The notes under the pieces are model-generated. The model was given only the letters and a program-made list of their open reading frames with translations, had not been told where the DNA came from and ran no database searches. A stretch of 64,000 nucleotides of DNA from the NCBI GenBank assembly GCA_951406725.2, contig OX597838.1, positions 37,262,001-37,326,000 of the forward strand, written 5' to 3'. This stretch comes from Octopus vulgaris (lineage: Eukaryota). Position numbers and translations under genes: made by a program. Shown one piece after another: positions 42,540-56,046 of this stretch. Positions within the stretch are counted from its first letter, which is position 1. Every line of letters starts with the position of its first letter.

Positions 42540-43350
42540 ATCAGATTGGAACCTGGTCCAGCTCCCTGGCTTTCTAGTTTGTGGTAAAACTGTCCAACCC
42601 ATGCCAGCAAGGAAAGTGGACGTCAAATGATGATGATGATAGATATATAGAAAATCTGTGCAAAGGAATACTGTTATGGTTGCATCAATCCATATACAAT
42701 ATATATGTCTTTACCCTTGCACTTCTGTATGGATATAGATATGTGGGTGTATTGATATATGTGTGAATACCTATATATACTGTATCAGTATATATATTCC
42801 TTGAATATCCTACATCATATTAATTAGTTTTATTACCTCAAAAAAAAAAACATTTTCACAAAGAAATAACTTAGTTTTTATTTGCCTAAAAAAATGTATC
42901 TGTCTCTATGTTTGTGACAGTGAGTAAACATCATAAATATTTTTACCAGCAGCCTGCTACTAAATCAGTTGGTGGTGTGAAAAGTCTTAACAATTAATTC
43001 TAGGTGAGAGACAGCAACGTCAAATTACTAAATAGATGCTAAGTTATGCCTTCAGTCAACCAAAAGACTTTGGGGGAAGACACTATCTATTAACAGATGT
43101 ATGAGTCTGGAGACACAAAGGTTCCTTATCTTATATTCTGTATCTGTTTATTTCCTTATTTTATTTATTCATTTTCATTTTATTCTCTTAGATTCCACCT
43201 GTTTCTTGACCGGTTGTTTTGGATTTGTGGCTTATTGTGTATTTGTTTTTTGTTTTAACTATTGATTACCTAATGCAATGATATGAACGACTTCAACGAG
43301 TTTCAAATATGTTTCCGAATGCATTTAGGCCTTTCGATTTATGTACAGAC

Positions 43351-43467
43351 CTGAAGAGTCGTTATTGTCTAGTAATGCCAGAATAATACTGACTCAATGT
43401 ATTATTTCATATATTATATAATAACATTCTAGCAATAAATTGGCAAAGTGTTGATGAAACAATTGTA
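43351..43467 (+). ncRNA. Degenerate hammerhead motif with long stem II, stem I lost
   Basis: CUGAAGA-guc...gau-GAA-acaauugu-A; palindromic stem III but the stem I strands do not pair. Confidence 0.4.
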
Positions 43468-44474
43468 GAATAATGCAATGAAATGTTCACATTTTCCTTG
43501 TTAATGTTTATATAAACTCTGGGGCTCATCAACATCATCATCGTCATCATCATCATCTATCTGTTTTCCATGCTGGCATGGGTTGAATAGTTTGACAGGC
43601 ACTGGCTAGCCAGAAGACTTCAGCAGGCTTCACTGTCCACTTTGGCATGGTTTCTACTGCTGGATGCTCTTCCTTGTGCCAACCACCCTACAGAGTGGAC
43701 TGAGTATATTTTACATGGCGCCAGCAAAGTCAGTTTTGGCATGGTTTCTAAGGCTGGGTGCCCTTCCTAATGCCAACCACTTTACAGAATGGCCTGAATG
43801 CTTTTACATAGCTGGCAAGGTTTACATTAACATGGTTTTTACAACTGAATGCCCTTCCAAACATCAACCACTTTACAGTGTGTGATGGATGCATTTTACA
43901 TGGCACAAGCACCTGTGGGGTCACTAAGTAACTTGCTAGGGGTAGTTATGGATTTTTAGATATGCCATCTGTGCGGGATAATAACATCTACTCTTTTACT
44001 TCTTTCAGTCATTTGACTGTGGCCATGCTGGAGCACCACCTTTAGTTGAGCAAATTGACCCCAGGACTTATTCTTTGTAAGTCTAGTACTTATTCTATCG
44101 GTCTCTTTTGCCGAACCGCTAAGTTACGAAGATGTAAACAGACCACCATCGGTTGTCAAGTGATGTTAGTGGGGGGGTGGACAGACACACACACACACAT
44201 ATACATACATACGATAGGCTTCTTTCAGTTTCTGTCTACGAAATCCACTCACAAGGCTTTGGTCGACCCGAGGCTATAATGGAAGACACTTGCCCAAGGT
44301 GCCACGCAGTGGGACTGAACCTGGAACCAAAATTTAGTGGTTCAGCAAAAAAGACAGATAGAGTAAATACTAGGCTTACAAAGAATAATTCCTGGGGTTG
44401 ATTTGTTCGACCAAAGGCAGTGCTCCAGCATGGCCACAGTCAAATAACTGAAACACACAACACACATATACATA

Positions 44475-44987
44475 TCTATATATATAAAACTGTAGTTGTG
44501 TGAGTGTCTGTCCCCTTCGATTTAGATTCCTAACTACTCACACATTTTGCGGTGCAGTTTAACCAAATTCGGGTATCTTATAGTCGTGATTCATATCGAG
44601 CCCCTCTGCATATTAGTGCGCGTCTACGATGAGTCTACGATTTTAAAAATAATTTAACATCATTTTTTATTCCATTTTAAGGCATAATTTTTCGTGTGTC
44701 GATGGCGGCGGAGTTGGCGTCCATGGTCACACCTGCACCTGTTTGCTTCTCCCCCTTCTTCCCTCCCTCATGAAGCTGTGGGGAAGGGAGTGTAAGGAAA
44801 TCAACGTCGTAATGCGTTGTCAAGGAGACCAGCGTTCTTTTAGAACAACGACTTCATGGCTTGAAGACACCAAAACAGAAATGGCTAAGAAAGCCCGAAT
44901 TGGCATCTATAAGGGAAGTAACTCTCTAAAAATGCTTATATAGTTATTTCCCTTACAAACCCGAGCAATGCCGGGCGATACTGCTAG
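44475..44987 (+). mobile_element. Non-autonomous Helitron
   Basis: TC start, shared gatttagattcctaactact core, cccgagcaatgccggg hairpin, CTAG|T end. Confidence 0.8.
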
Positions 44988-45226
44988 TATGTATATGTAT
45001 GGCTTCAAGTATTGCTATAAGCTTTGAGAAGCTTATTTCCCAACCATGTAGTTCCATATTTAGTTCCACTGTATGATACCTTCGGCAAGTAACTGTTATA
45101 ATAACCCTAGGAAATTGAAAGGAATCCATCATATATATATGTTAGGGGATGTCCTTGTCTGGAAATCACATGAGAACTTACCATTATGCTAATAATGTCA
45201 TTTGTTTCTAGTCTTCTATGATGTCT

Positions 45227-45640
45227 ATACTCTTTTACTCTTTACTCTTTTACTTGTTTCAGTCATTTGACTGTGGCCATGCTGGAGCACCATCTTTAGT
45301 CAAAGCAAATCGAACCCAGGAGTTATTCTTTGTAAGCCTAGTACTTGTTCTATCGGTCTCTTTTGCCGAACCGCTAAGTAACGGGGACATAAACAAACCA
45401 TCATCGGTTGTCAAGCAACGTTGGGGGAACAAACACAGACACACAAACACGCAAACATATACACATATATACATATATACGACGGGCTTCTTCCAGTTTC
45501 CGTCTACCAAATCCACTCACAAGGCTTTGGTCGGCCCGAGGCTATAGTAGAAGACACTTGTCCAAAGTGCCATGCAGTGGGACTGAACCTGGAACCATGT
45601 GGTTGGTAAGCAAGCTACTTACCACACAGCCACTCCTGTG
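45227..45640 (-). mobile_element. SINE family A
   Basis: Full-length copy. Confidence 0.85.
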
Positions 45641-46067
45641 TCTATGGCCATAATGAAATACTATCTTGCTTAGAAATAGGTGAGGGTTACTGACAGAAAT
45701 TGCATCCAGCCTTAGAAGTTCTGCTTTAACAAATTTAAGGTGGTGCTCTAGCATGGCCATAGTAAATTGACTGAAATAAATAAAGGAATTAGCCATACAA
45801 TTATGGAAGAGTCACTGTGAAGACTTTGATGATGAAGCAAATAACGGTATTTTGTCAAATCTTGGGAGAGGAGTTATGCCAATAATAACCACACACGTTT
45901 TTATTATTATTTTATCATTATTAATCAACTAACCATTTAACCAATTAACTAATTGTTTGATTAATCATTCCATTGATTAACCAGTCAGCTAGGTTTGTCA
46001 ATCAGTCAGTTCTGTTCGTTAATTGGTTAAATGTTTAAGCAAAGTAATTATTTATGAAGTGAAGGCA

Positions 46068-46212
46068 ATATCCTGATGAGTACCTAGAAAGGAAAACGAT
46101 GTTATGTAATTATGAGGGAAGAGAGAAAATTCTAAAGACGTATCCTCCAACATCGTTTCACATTTAGGAAGTTCTAGGCTTACAAAGAATGGTGTATAGA
46201 CCATTTAGATAT
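46068..46212 (+). ncRNA. Degenerate hammerhead motif with extended stem II
   Basis: auauc-CUGAUGA-guaccuagaa..aaacgauguu/aacaucguuu..uucuaggcuuac-aaag (GAAA mutated)-aaugg..ccauu-uA-gauau. Confidence 0.5.
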
Positions 46213-46776
46213 ACACTGGTAAATTAATAAGCATGCAACACTTTGCATATGGAAGTAGGCAAATATTCCTTTTTTGGAAAATCATCAGATTACAATTCCC
46301 AAAACTGAAACATTAATGAAAGAGCAGAGATAATGTCTCTATGTCTTCACAAAAACAAATTTTAGCTCTCAAACTTTAATTGTGGAATCAAACTGGGTGA
46401 ATTAAAAGGAACAAGATAGAAATGAACACAGCTTCTCTTTAGATCATACAGAAGTTTTCAATATATATTTCTTTACTACCCACAAGGGGCTAAACGCAGA
46501 GGGGACAAACAAGGACAGACAAAGCGATTAAGTCGATTCCATCTACCCCAGTGCGTAACTGGTACTTAATTTATCGACCCCGAAAGGATGAAAGGCAAAG
46601 TCGACCTCGGCGGAATTTGAACTCAGAACGTAATGGCAGACGAAATACGGCTACGCATTTCGCCCGGCATGCTACCATTTCTGCCAGCTCGCTTCAATAT
46701 ACTCAAGACAGTGCTGTACACCAGCAATTATTCTCTAACCATTTTTCAATTTTTTTTATTAAACTTTTAATTAAGA

Positions 46777-46950
46777 TGGCGCAGGAGTGGCTGTGTGGTA
46801 AGTAGCTTGCTAACAAACCACATGGTTCCGGGTTCAGTCCCACTGCGTGGCATCTTGGGCAAGTGTCTTCTGCTATAGCCCCGGGCTGACCAATGCCTTG
46901 TGAGTGGATTAGGTGGACGGAAACTGAAAGAAGCCTGTCGTATATATGTG

Positions 46951-46981
<31 letters not shown>

Positions 46982-47191
46982 TTGTGTGTCTGTGTTTGTC
47001 CCCCTAGCATTGCTTGAACAACCGATGCTGGTGTGTTTACGTCCCCGTCACTTAGCGGTTCGGCAAAAGAGACCGATAGAATAAGTACTGGGCTTCCAAA
47101 GAATAAGTCCTGGGGTCGATTTGCTCGACTAAAGGCGGTGCTCCAGCATGGTCGCAGTCAAATGACTGAAACAAGTAAAAGAGTAAAGAGT
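46777..47191 (+). mobile_element. SINE family A
   Basis: Full-length copy. Confidence 0.85.
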
Positions 47192-48052
47192 ATGCATCTC
47201 TTGATCAATCACATTAGTGGCTTAAGTTTGAGTTAATGAACATTTCTACAAATGTAACATCGTCATTTATAACATTGACATTTCCATCCTTGCTTAATCA
47301 AAGCAAAGCCGTTGCAGCAGATGTCCTACAGCAGTGTGCTCTTCCTGTTGCCAACACTCACCTGTATCCAAGCAGTTAAAATCCGTTTGTCTGTCCTTTC
47401 TGTGTTTAGCCACTTTTGCGTAGTAAAGAAATACGTGGGTAACAAACACACACACACACACAGAGTGATAATAATCCTTGGATGGAATTTATAAATATTC
47501 TAATGCATCTCCATCCAAGGATGATTGTTATTATTATTATTATATTTATTCTAGATTATATCAGCACAGTTTGGTGCATCCCCCCAAAACTGCTATCACC
47601 TGCTGGCATCATTAAGTTGTGGCTGGCATGATAGAGCTGGAGCATTTATATGCATATTCAAAATGTTTCCCACAAACAAACTTAGAGTATATACCATCAT
47701 CATCATCATGATGTGTTTTACATCTGGGTTTTGCTTACCCCACAACCTCAGTTTCTCAGAAATGAGTGGTCCCAAAACCAAGGCCTCTGCCAAAATTTTT
47801 AAGAAACGTGGTGGAAAACTAGCTCAGGACGGCAGGGATGCTACTCTCTGAGACCCCTTTCAGACCCCCTACCCACACACACAGACAGACAGACAGATAG
47901 ATAGATACTGGTATAAACGATGGGCTTCTTTCAGTTTCTGTCTACACAATCCCCACACAAGGCTTTGATTGGATCGAGAAGCCATTTGCCCCAGGTGTCA
48001 TGAAACTGGAATCATGTGGTTGAGAAGCAAGCTTCTTACCACACAGCCACGT

Positions 48053-48093
<41 letters not shown>

Positions 48094-48094
48094 T

Positions 48095-48712
48095 ATGGCC
48101 CAGTGGTTAGGGCAGCGGACTCGCGGTCGTAGGATCGCAGTTTCGATTCCCAGACCGGGCGTTGTGAATGTTTATTGAGCGAAAACACCAAAAGATCCAC
48201 GAGGCTCCGGCAGTGGGTGGTGGCGATCCCTGATGTACTCTTTCACCACAACTTTCTCTCACTCTTTCTTCTGTTGGCCTACTCGCTTCAGCCAGTGGGG
48301 TGGCGTCATTTGAAGGCTAAAACAATGCGAAGCGCATCGTGACCAGCGATGTGTAGCAACATCTGATAGCCTGGTCGGTCACAGTGATCACGGTGATATA
48401 TATATATATATATGTGTGTGTGTGGAGGCACAATGGCCCAGTGGTGAGGGGAGCGGACTCGCAGTTTCAATTCCCAGACCGAGCGTTGTGAGTGTTTATT
48501 GAGCGAAAACACCTAAAGCACCACGAGGCTCCGGCAGGGGGTGGTGGCGATCCCTGCTGTACTCTTTTGCCACAACTTTCTCTCACTCTTTCTACTGTTG
48601 GCCTGCTCGCTTAGCCAGCAGGGTGGCATCATTTGAGGGCTAAAACAGTGTGAAGTGCATTGTGGCCAGCGATGTGTAACAACATCTGATAGCCTGGTCG
48701 GTCACGGTCACA
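48095..48712 (+). mobile_element. Two adjacent SINE family C copies with an alternative tail
   Basis: Copies at 48095-48390 and 48423-48712, each ending in (TA)n. Confidence 0.8.
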
Positions 48713-49400
48713 GTGATATATATATATATATATATATGAAGATGAAGAGAGATCCAGCAGCATCAAGTGTGTGTGTGTATATGATGTGGAGCAATTCTGA
48801 ATGAACAGGTTACCTGCTATGTATGTCAGAGAACCCAAGGAAATGCTTTCTGTTTCATATTTTAGAATGTATACATAAATTCATGCTTCCTAACCAGTAT
48901 GTATACATGTGTGAATGCATAGACAGCTGCGTCACTTGCATATATACATTCATGCGCAAAGGTATGCATGTATGTGTATCTTTCTTTGGGTATGTAAATG
49001 TATGTGTATATATATATATATGTGTTAAATATACATTTTATGTATAGATATATGTGTGTATGCATTTACTATGAATACATATTTGTGTGTGTGTGTGTGT
49101 ATACACACACACACACACACACACATGTACATATATACCCACACAGACATTTACATACAAGCACAAATTCATGTATATTTTATATATATATATACATATA
49201 TAGACATATATATATATATACACTTATTTACTTATATATACATACATACATATACTTACAAACACATACACACATATAATATCATATATATATATACATA
49301 CGATATATGTGCATAATTATCTAAGTACAATATATATGTAAAATTATGCGTTCAAATATACACACACCCACACATATGTATAAGTGTAGATGTGTATATA

Positions 49401-49432
<32 letters not shown>

Positions 49433-49935
49433 AGATTGAGAATCAGAAAAAGACACAGAAATTTCGAAAGAGAGACAAATATACGTCGTTATTTGAAAAT
49501 GTTATTGCACAAATTTGCAATTTTGTCATAAAAAAGTGAAAAGAAGTTTTATTTTTTGAAAACTAAAACCCAAAAGTGTATTGTAAAAGTTGAAATATAA
49601 CTTGAAATAAAACCATAGCATCGAGCTTGGACTATAAAACAGTTGTGAGATCGAGTCTGTCGGGGGGGGGGCGGGGGATGGGGGCTGGCAGCCATTATGA
49701 CGAGGCTTTCTTCTTGGTGCTCATTAACTTTGCAAACTGCTTCTGGTCTGTTGAATATGTATATATATATATATACACGCATACATACATGTATATATAT
49801 ATATATATGTGTATGTGTATATATATATATGTATGTATATATATGTATATATATATATATGTATGTGTATATATATATATGTATGTATATATATGTATAT
49901 ATATATATATGTACGTATATATATATATATATATG

Positions 49936-49980
<45 letters not shown>

Positions 49981-50279
49981 ATATATATATGCATGTATAT
50001 ATATATGCATGTATATATATACATATGTATGTATATATATATATATGCATGTATATATATATGCATGTATATATATATATGTATGTATATATATATGTAT
50101 GTATATATATATATATATATGTATGTATATATTTATATGTATGTATATATTTATATGTATATATATATGTATGTATATATATGTGTATGAATGTATATAT
50201 ACATACACATATACATACATGTATATATATATATATATATGTGTATGTGTGTATATATATATATGTGTGTGTATATGTA

Positions 50280-50894
50280 TCTCTTATTATAAAAGGCAGA
50301 TTTTATCTGCCTCCCTTTGGGAGTTATAGAAATCTACAATATAGGATTTCTTCAATTACAATTTACCTGGCATTTTTAACAGTACAATGCATCGCGTCAT
50401 GCCAGGTCCAGTTTTTAAAATTTAAACTCCAATTAAGCAAAATTTACAGAAAACTCACATTCTGGTGTGTGTGTCAAATGCTTTTCTTAGTCTGGTTTAC
50501 ACCACACGCAAACGCACACACACACTGGGCAAGGAATAAAATGAAAGTAATTCACTTACTGTAGTGAGTGATTCTTTCACTCTGCTTGCCACTTCCTCTT
50601 TACACACATAGAAAAAACTTTTATTTTTTTACATAAGTAATGAGAGCGAAAGAGACTAAGAGAAAGCGATTGTATGACGAGGGAAGTTCCTTTCAAGTTA
50701 CCGTGCATGGGACTCATTGATGTACATGTGTGTGTGTGTGTGTGTTTGATGGAGTGTGGGAGACAGACAGTATGTTGTGTAAGTGAAGTGCTTCTGTTAG
50801 TGTGTGTGAAGAGACAGAGAGAGTAATGTGTGAAAGAGAGAGATAACTGAAATTTTTTACTCGGTTTATGTGTATATGTATGTATGCATGTATG

Positions 50895-50927
<33 letters not shown>

Positions 50928-51769
50928 TTATATATAAAAGAAAGGTTGTGTGTCTGTCTACTCCGATTTAGATTCCTAACTACTCCCACATTTTGCGATG
51001 CAGTTTAACCAAATTATCTTATAGTATCTTATAGTCGTGATTCATATCGAGCCCTTCTGGGTATTAGCGCGCGTCTACGATGAGTCTATGATTTTACAAA
51101 TAATTTACCATCATTTTTTTCCATTTTAATGCATATTTTTAAAATAAACGGAAGTAACTCTCAAACTTCACACCAATATGCGTGCTCATATGCGACGTAA
51201 TATCACATCACCAGCATTTCCTCACACTCTCCTTGCACTTGGCGAAGGCAAAATACCAGGGGATGAAAATGGTAATATTGCCATCGATTCCATTTGTACC
51301 ATTGTTAAGACGCCTTCTGATCTCAGAGATGCAGTGTTCCCAGATTTACAAGCTAATTATCAGAATATGGATTGGATTGGCAAAAAGGCTGGCCCCGAGG
51401 AATAAAACTGTTCACCATATTAATGATGAAATGCTAAAACTCATTCCTGGGGAAGTCGATGTATATCAGTCTATCGATACAACTCCTGACCCAGAGGACG
51501 TCATCAACTATCCAATAGAGGTACTCAATTCCTTTGAGCACCCCGGACTACCACCACACTTTCTCAAACTTAAAGTTAGTGCCCCTATAATGCTCATCAG
51601 AAATTTGGTTCCCCCAAAACAATGCAATGGCACAGGTTTGGCGTTAAGTCCTTATCTCCCACCGTAAGCTTATTTCAATATTTGCCTGAATAATCATCAT
51701 AATTCAGTGCAATCATTAACAGTACTTTCAAGCAATTCAGCCCCGAGCAACGCCGGGCAATTCTGCTAG
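50280..51769 (+). mobile_element. Composite Helitron with helicase remnant
   Basis: TC start at 50280, second 5'-like module at about 50930, 3' hairpin cccgagcaacgccggg and CTAG|T at 51766-51770. Confidence 0.8.
51160..51660 (+). pseudogene. Frameshifted Helitron Pif1-family helicase fragment
   Basis: NMRAH..LLALGEGKIP, then in another frame LAPRNKTVHHINDEMLKLIPGE...YPIEVLNSFEHPGLPPHFLKLKVSAPIMLIRNL..QCNGT, typical of Helitron RepHel helicases. Confidence 0.9.
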
Positions 51770-51809
51770 TATATATATATATGTACGTATATATATATAT
51801 ATATGTATG

Positions 51810-51858
<49 letters not shown>

Positions 51859-51915
51859 ATATATATATGCATGTATATATATATGCATGTATATATATAT
51901 ATATATGTATGTATG

Positions 51916-51946
<31 letters not shown>

Positions 51947-51969
51947 GTATGTATATATATATATGTATG

Positions 51970-52002
<33 letters not shown>

Positions 52003-52099
52003 ATATATATATATATATGTATGTATATATATATATATATATATGTATGTATATATATATATATATATGTATGTATATATATATATATATATATGTATG

Positions 52100-52131
<32 letters not shown>

Positions 52132-52402
52132 TATGTATGTATATATATATATATATATGTATGTATATATTTATATGTATGTATATATTTATATGTATAT
52201 ATATATGTATGTATATATATGTGTATGAATGTATATATACATACACATATACATACATGTATATATATATATATGTGTGTGTGTGTGTATGTATATATAT
52301 ATATATATGTGTATGTATGTGTATATATTTATATGTATATGCATGTATATGTAGACATATATATATTTATATATATGTACACACACACATATACATACTT
52401 AC

Positions 52403-52450
<48 letters not shown>

Positions 52451-53020
52451 ATATTTATGTATGTATATATACATGTATCCCCTTGCACATTGGCAGAATC
52501 GTTAAAGTTGGACAAAAATGCTTTATGGTAATTCTTCTGTTTCATTAACATTCTGTGTTCAAATCCCACGTAATTCAACCTTGCATTTCTTATTTAGGCA
52601 CAGAAGTGGCTGTGTGGTAAGTAGCTTGCTTACCAACCACATGGTTCTGGGTTCATTCCCACTGCATAGCACACCTTGGGCAAGTGTCTTCTACTATAGC
52701 CTCGGCCCAACCAAAGCCTTGTGAGTGGATTTGGTAGACGGAAACTGAAATGCCCGTCGTATATGTTGATGAATACCACCTATTGATCCCCTCCATTTTC
52801 TTATTGCCGTATAAATTAAGGTTAAAATAACTCTTTACCTTCACTCATTTATTACATTCATTAGTGTAATTGCCATGCAGTGAAAAAACACTTGTGTATT
52901 ACTAATTGGGTATTCTACCAGCAATATATATATCCAATATACATCGGATAGATATTATCCCTTAGTTGGTTGGATTCACAACCTCTAACTCTCTAGGAAT
53001 TATATATATATATATATATA

Positions 53021-53390
53021 GTTGCTCGGGTTTGTTTCGACCCTTTAGAATTGGAATTTTTTAAAAGTAAAAATTCTGCATTTTGTAGCGTGTTATTCTC
53101 TTTAAGTGAACATTTTCCTGGTTGAAATACACCGAAAAGTGGCAACACAGCAGTCAAAAAATCGTTAAAAATAGAGATTTTCATAGAAAAAAATCACCTT
53201 TTTGATGTAAGTAATTTTTGATGTTAACATGGTCTGATTTGAGTTTTTTCTTCAACAGAAGGAAGAGCAAGCCTTCTTCTATCATACTCTCAATTTTGGT
53301 CAACCTGCACCGCAGGGTCTCGGAGGAGATAGTGTTAGTTGTAGGCTTCCAAACCTGCAATACACAAACAACTTCAGCTTTATATATAGA
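53021..53390 (-). mobile_element. Non-autonomous Helitron, 3'-truncated
   Basis: Minus strand starts TCtatatataaagctgaagttg and ends in aaacccgagcaac (half of the family hairpin) before a TA tract. Confidence 0.6.
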
Positions 53391-54236
53391 TATATATATA
53401 TATATATATATGTACACCAGTAGAATATTATCTCGCATAGAAATACATCACAGTAGGCAACTGGAAGAGCATACAGCCATAGACAACTCCGCACCAACAT
53501 ATTCTTGCCTGACCCTTGTAAGCCCGAAGCAGCTGACATGGAAACGATGATGATGATTATGAATACTAAAATAGCACAGAATCAGTTTATGTTAATAATA
53601 GTTTCAAAACCATTAAAAGTCACCTCAAACTAATTGGCTCATTATCATCAGATTTAACTATTAATTATGTCTGCTCCTGTCTGTTTGAGATATAAATATC
53701 TATCTTTCTATATAATCTATCTATATATATATATATATATGTATGTATATTTCATTATATAACTAGAACTTGAAGGAGATAAGGCTATAAATGATAGTAT
53801 GTAAATATTATTTATAGCTTTATCTACTTTGAGTTCTGCATTTATCGAACAAATTATTTCCTGTTCTCTTGAAGTTTCTAAATTCGTATTCTTATGATGT
53901 AAGGACATATAAGATGATGACAGAAACAAGTAAAAAGTAAATAGAAAAAAGAAAATGTATATGTGTGTGTGTATGTGTGTGTGTGTGTGTCTATATATTA
54001 TTTGTGATGGAAGCAATATCAATACCAAGAGATAATCTTTATATCCAACTCACTTCTTAGCAAGTCAAATACTGCATTTTGAGCCCTGAAAGATCCCCCC
54101 ACATAAGCATTTGGTTTCTAAATAAGCACTTGGTTTTTAAATAGGCATCTGGTTTCTATAGGCACTTGGTTTCTAAATAGGCATCTGGTTTCTATACACA
54201 TATCATAGATGAGAACCATCTGCCATAGGTGCTGGA

Positions 54237-54285
54237 ACTCCCATATCATGTGATTTCATTCTACTGGATATCATCAGTGGAGAGC
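54237..54285 (-). ncRNA. Type I hammerhead ribozyme motif (intact core, weak stem II)
   Basis: gcucucca-CUGAUGA-uauccaguagaau-GAA-auca(ca)ugau-A-ugggagu. Confidence 0.6.
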
Positions 54286-54476
54286 ATCCGGTCACTACAT
54301 GCTAGTCAAACCTTGCAGCTAAGGTATATAAAATATCAGCATCTTTTAAGACACTGATATTGCAGATGGCTAGCAGGTTTATTAAAAATTAAGTATTTGT
54401 GATGGAGAAAGTATTTGTACCAAAAGGTAATCATTATATCCAACTTAACATGGATGTTTTGTTAGAATACCAAATA

Positions 54477-54906
54477 GTCTTTTCTACTCTAGGCACAAGG
54501 CCTGAAATTTTGGGGAAGGGGGCCAGTCGATTAGATCGACCCCAGTATGCAATCAGTACTTTATTGACCCCAAAAGGATGAAAGGTAAACTTGACCTCGG
54601 TGGAATTTGAACATAGAACATAATGACAGACGAAATACCTATTTCTTTACTACCCACAAGGGGCTACACACAGAGGGGATAAACAAGGACAGACAAACGG
54701 ATTAAGTCGATTATATCGACCCCAGTGCATAACTGGTACTTATTTAATCGATACCAGTGCATAACTGGTACTTATTTAATCGACCCCGAAAGGATGAACG
54801 GCAAAGTCGACAACAGTGGAATTTGAACTCAGAATGCAGTGGCGGACGAAATACCGCTAACCATTTTGCCCGGTATGCTAACGTTTCTGCCAGTTCCCCG
54901 CCTTAC
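54477..54906 (-). mobile_element. SINE family B dimer with 14-bp TSD
   Basis: Direct repeat tagaataccaaata at 54463-54476 and 54907-54920. Confidence 0.8.
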
Positions 54907-55017
54907 TAGAATACCAAATATTGCAGTATTATCCTTAAAAAATCACATACACACACACACACACACACAAAGCTGTTAATGTTTACTCTGCTTAGAACAA
55001 CAGTTCCCATAACTCTG

Positions 55018-55433
55018 TACTCTTTACTCTTTTACTCTTTTACTTGTTTCAGTCATTTGACTGCGGCCATGCTGGAGCACCGCCTTTAGTCGAGCAAATC
55101 GACCCCGGGACTTATTCTTTGTAAGCCCAGTACTTATTGTATCGGTCTCTTTTGCCGAACCGCTAATGTGACGGGGACGTAAACACACCAGCATCGGTTG
55201 TCAAGCAATGCTAGGGGGACAAACACAGACACACAAACACACACACGCATATATATAAATACATATATACGACAGGCTTCTTTCAGTTTCCGTCTACAAA
55301 ATCCACTCACAAGGCATTGGTCGGCCCGGGGCTATAGCAGAAGACACTTGCCCAAGATGCCACGCAGTGGGACTGAACCCGGAACCATGTGGCTGGTTAG
55401 CAAGCTACTTACCACACAGCCACTCCTGCGCCT
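55018..55433 (-). mobile_element. SINE family A, about 50 nt upstream of the eMIC exon acceptor
   Basis: Full-length, near-consensus copy. Confidence 0.85.
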
Positions 55434-55481
55434 TTTTTTTATTTATATACTGTACGTTTTTTTTTTTTTATATATCAACAG

Positions 55482-55628
55482 GCGCTTAAGTCCGAGCCGA
55501 TCACACAGCCATGGTCGTGATTACAGCCGAAGTCAGAGCCGAGGCTCCAGGAGGAGAGAATCTCGCAGCCCTTCCATTCGACGGCGACCAGGCTCACCAA
55601 GCCATCTTGATAAACGAAGAATCACGAG
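55482..55628 (+). CDS. Srrm234: Coding exon carrying the N-terminal half of the eMIC domain (RLSPSRSHSHGRDYSRSQSRGSRRRESRSPSIRRRPGSPSHLDKRRIT-S)
   Basis: Poly-T tract plus tcaacAG acceptor (55480-55481) and donor atcacgag|GTatgg (55629); 147 nt, phase 2-2. SPSHLDKRRIT closely matches the SRRM3/SRRM4 eMIC motif SPSHLEARRITSARKRPIPYY (recalled from memory). Confidence 0.88.
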
Positions 55629-55995
55629 GTATGGCCCATAACACTTTATATTAAAATTTCCAGTCCATGTTGTTGTTGTCTTTTTTGGCCACTTAACTGT
55701 TGTCATGACAATAGTTGTTGTTGTTGTTGTTGCTGCTTTTGTTGTTTCCATTGTTGTTGTGGTTGTTGTTGTTGTTAGCATAGAAATTTTGAAGAAATCT
55801 ATTTTATTTCACTCTTTTTTTCTGAGATTCTTTATAGGATTCTAGACTTTTCCATTTATTGCCATTTATATTTTCAGGAGTTTCAGTATACACATAAATA
55901 TATGCACATATGTATATAGCTTATATATATATATATATATATATATCCATGTATCTATCTAATTTATGCTTATACATGTATGAATATATGCACAT

Positions 55996-56046
<51 letters not shown>

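Noticed and set aside
53595-53655. CUGAUGA...GAAA on the minus strand (also 4843-4885 on + and about 10100-10126 on -)
   Set aside because: Stems I and III do not form, so these were not counted as hammerheads.
55198-55481. N-terminal part of ORF 55198-55641 and the recurring MSSNARGTNTDTQ ORFs
   Set aside because: Antisense SINE-A sequence; only 55482-55628 is exon-like.
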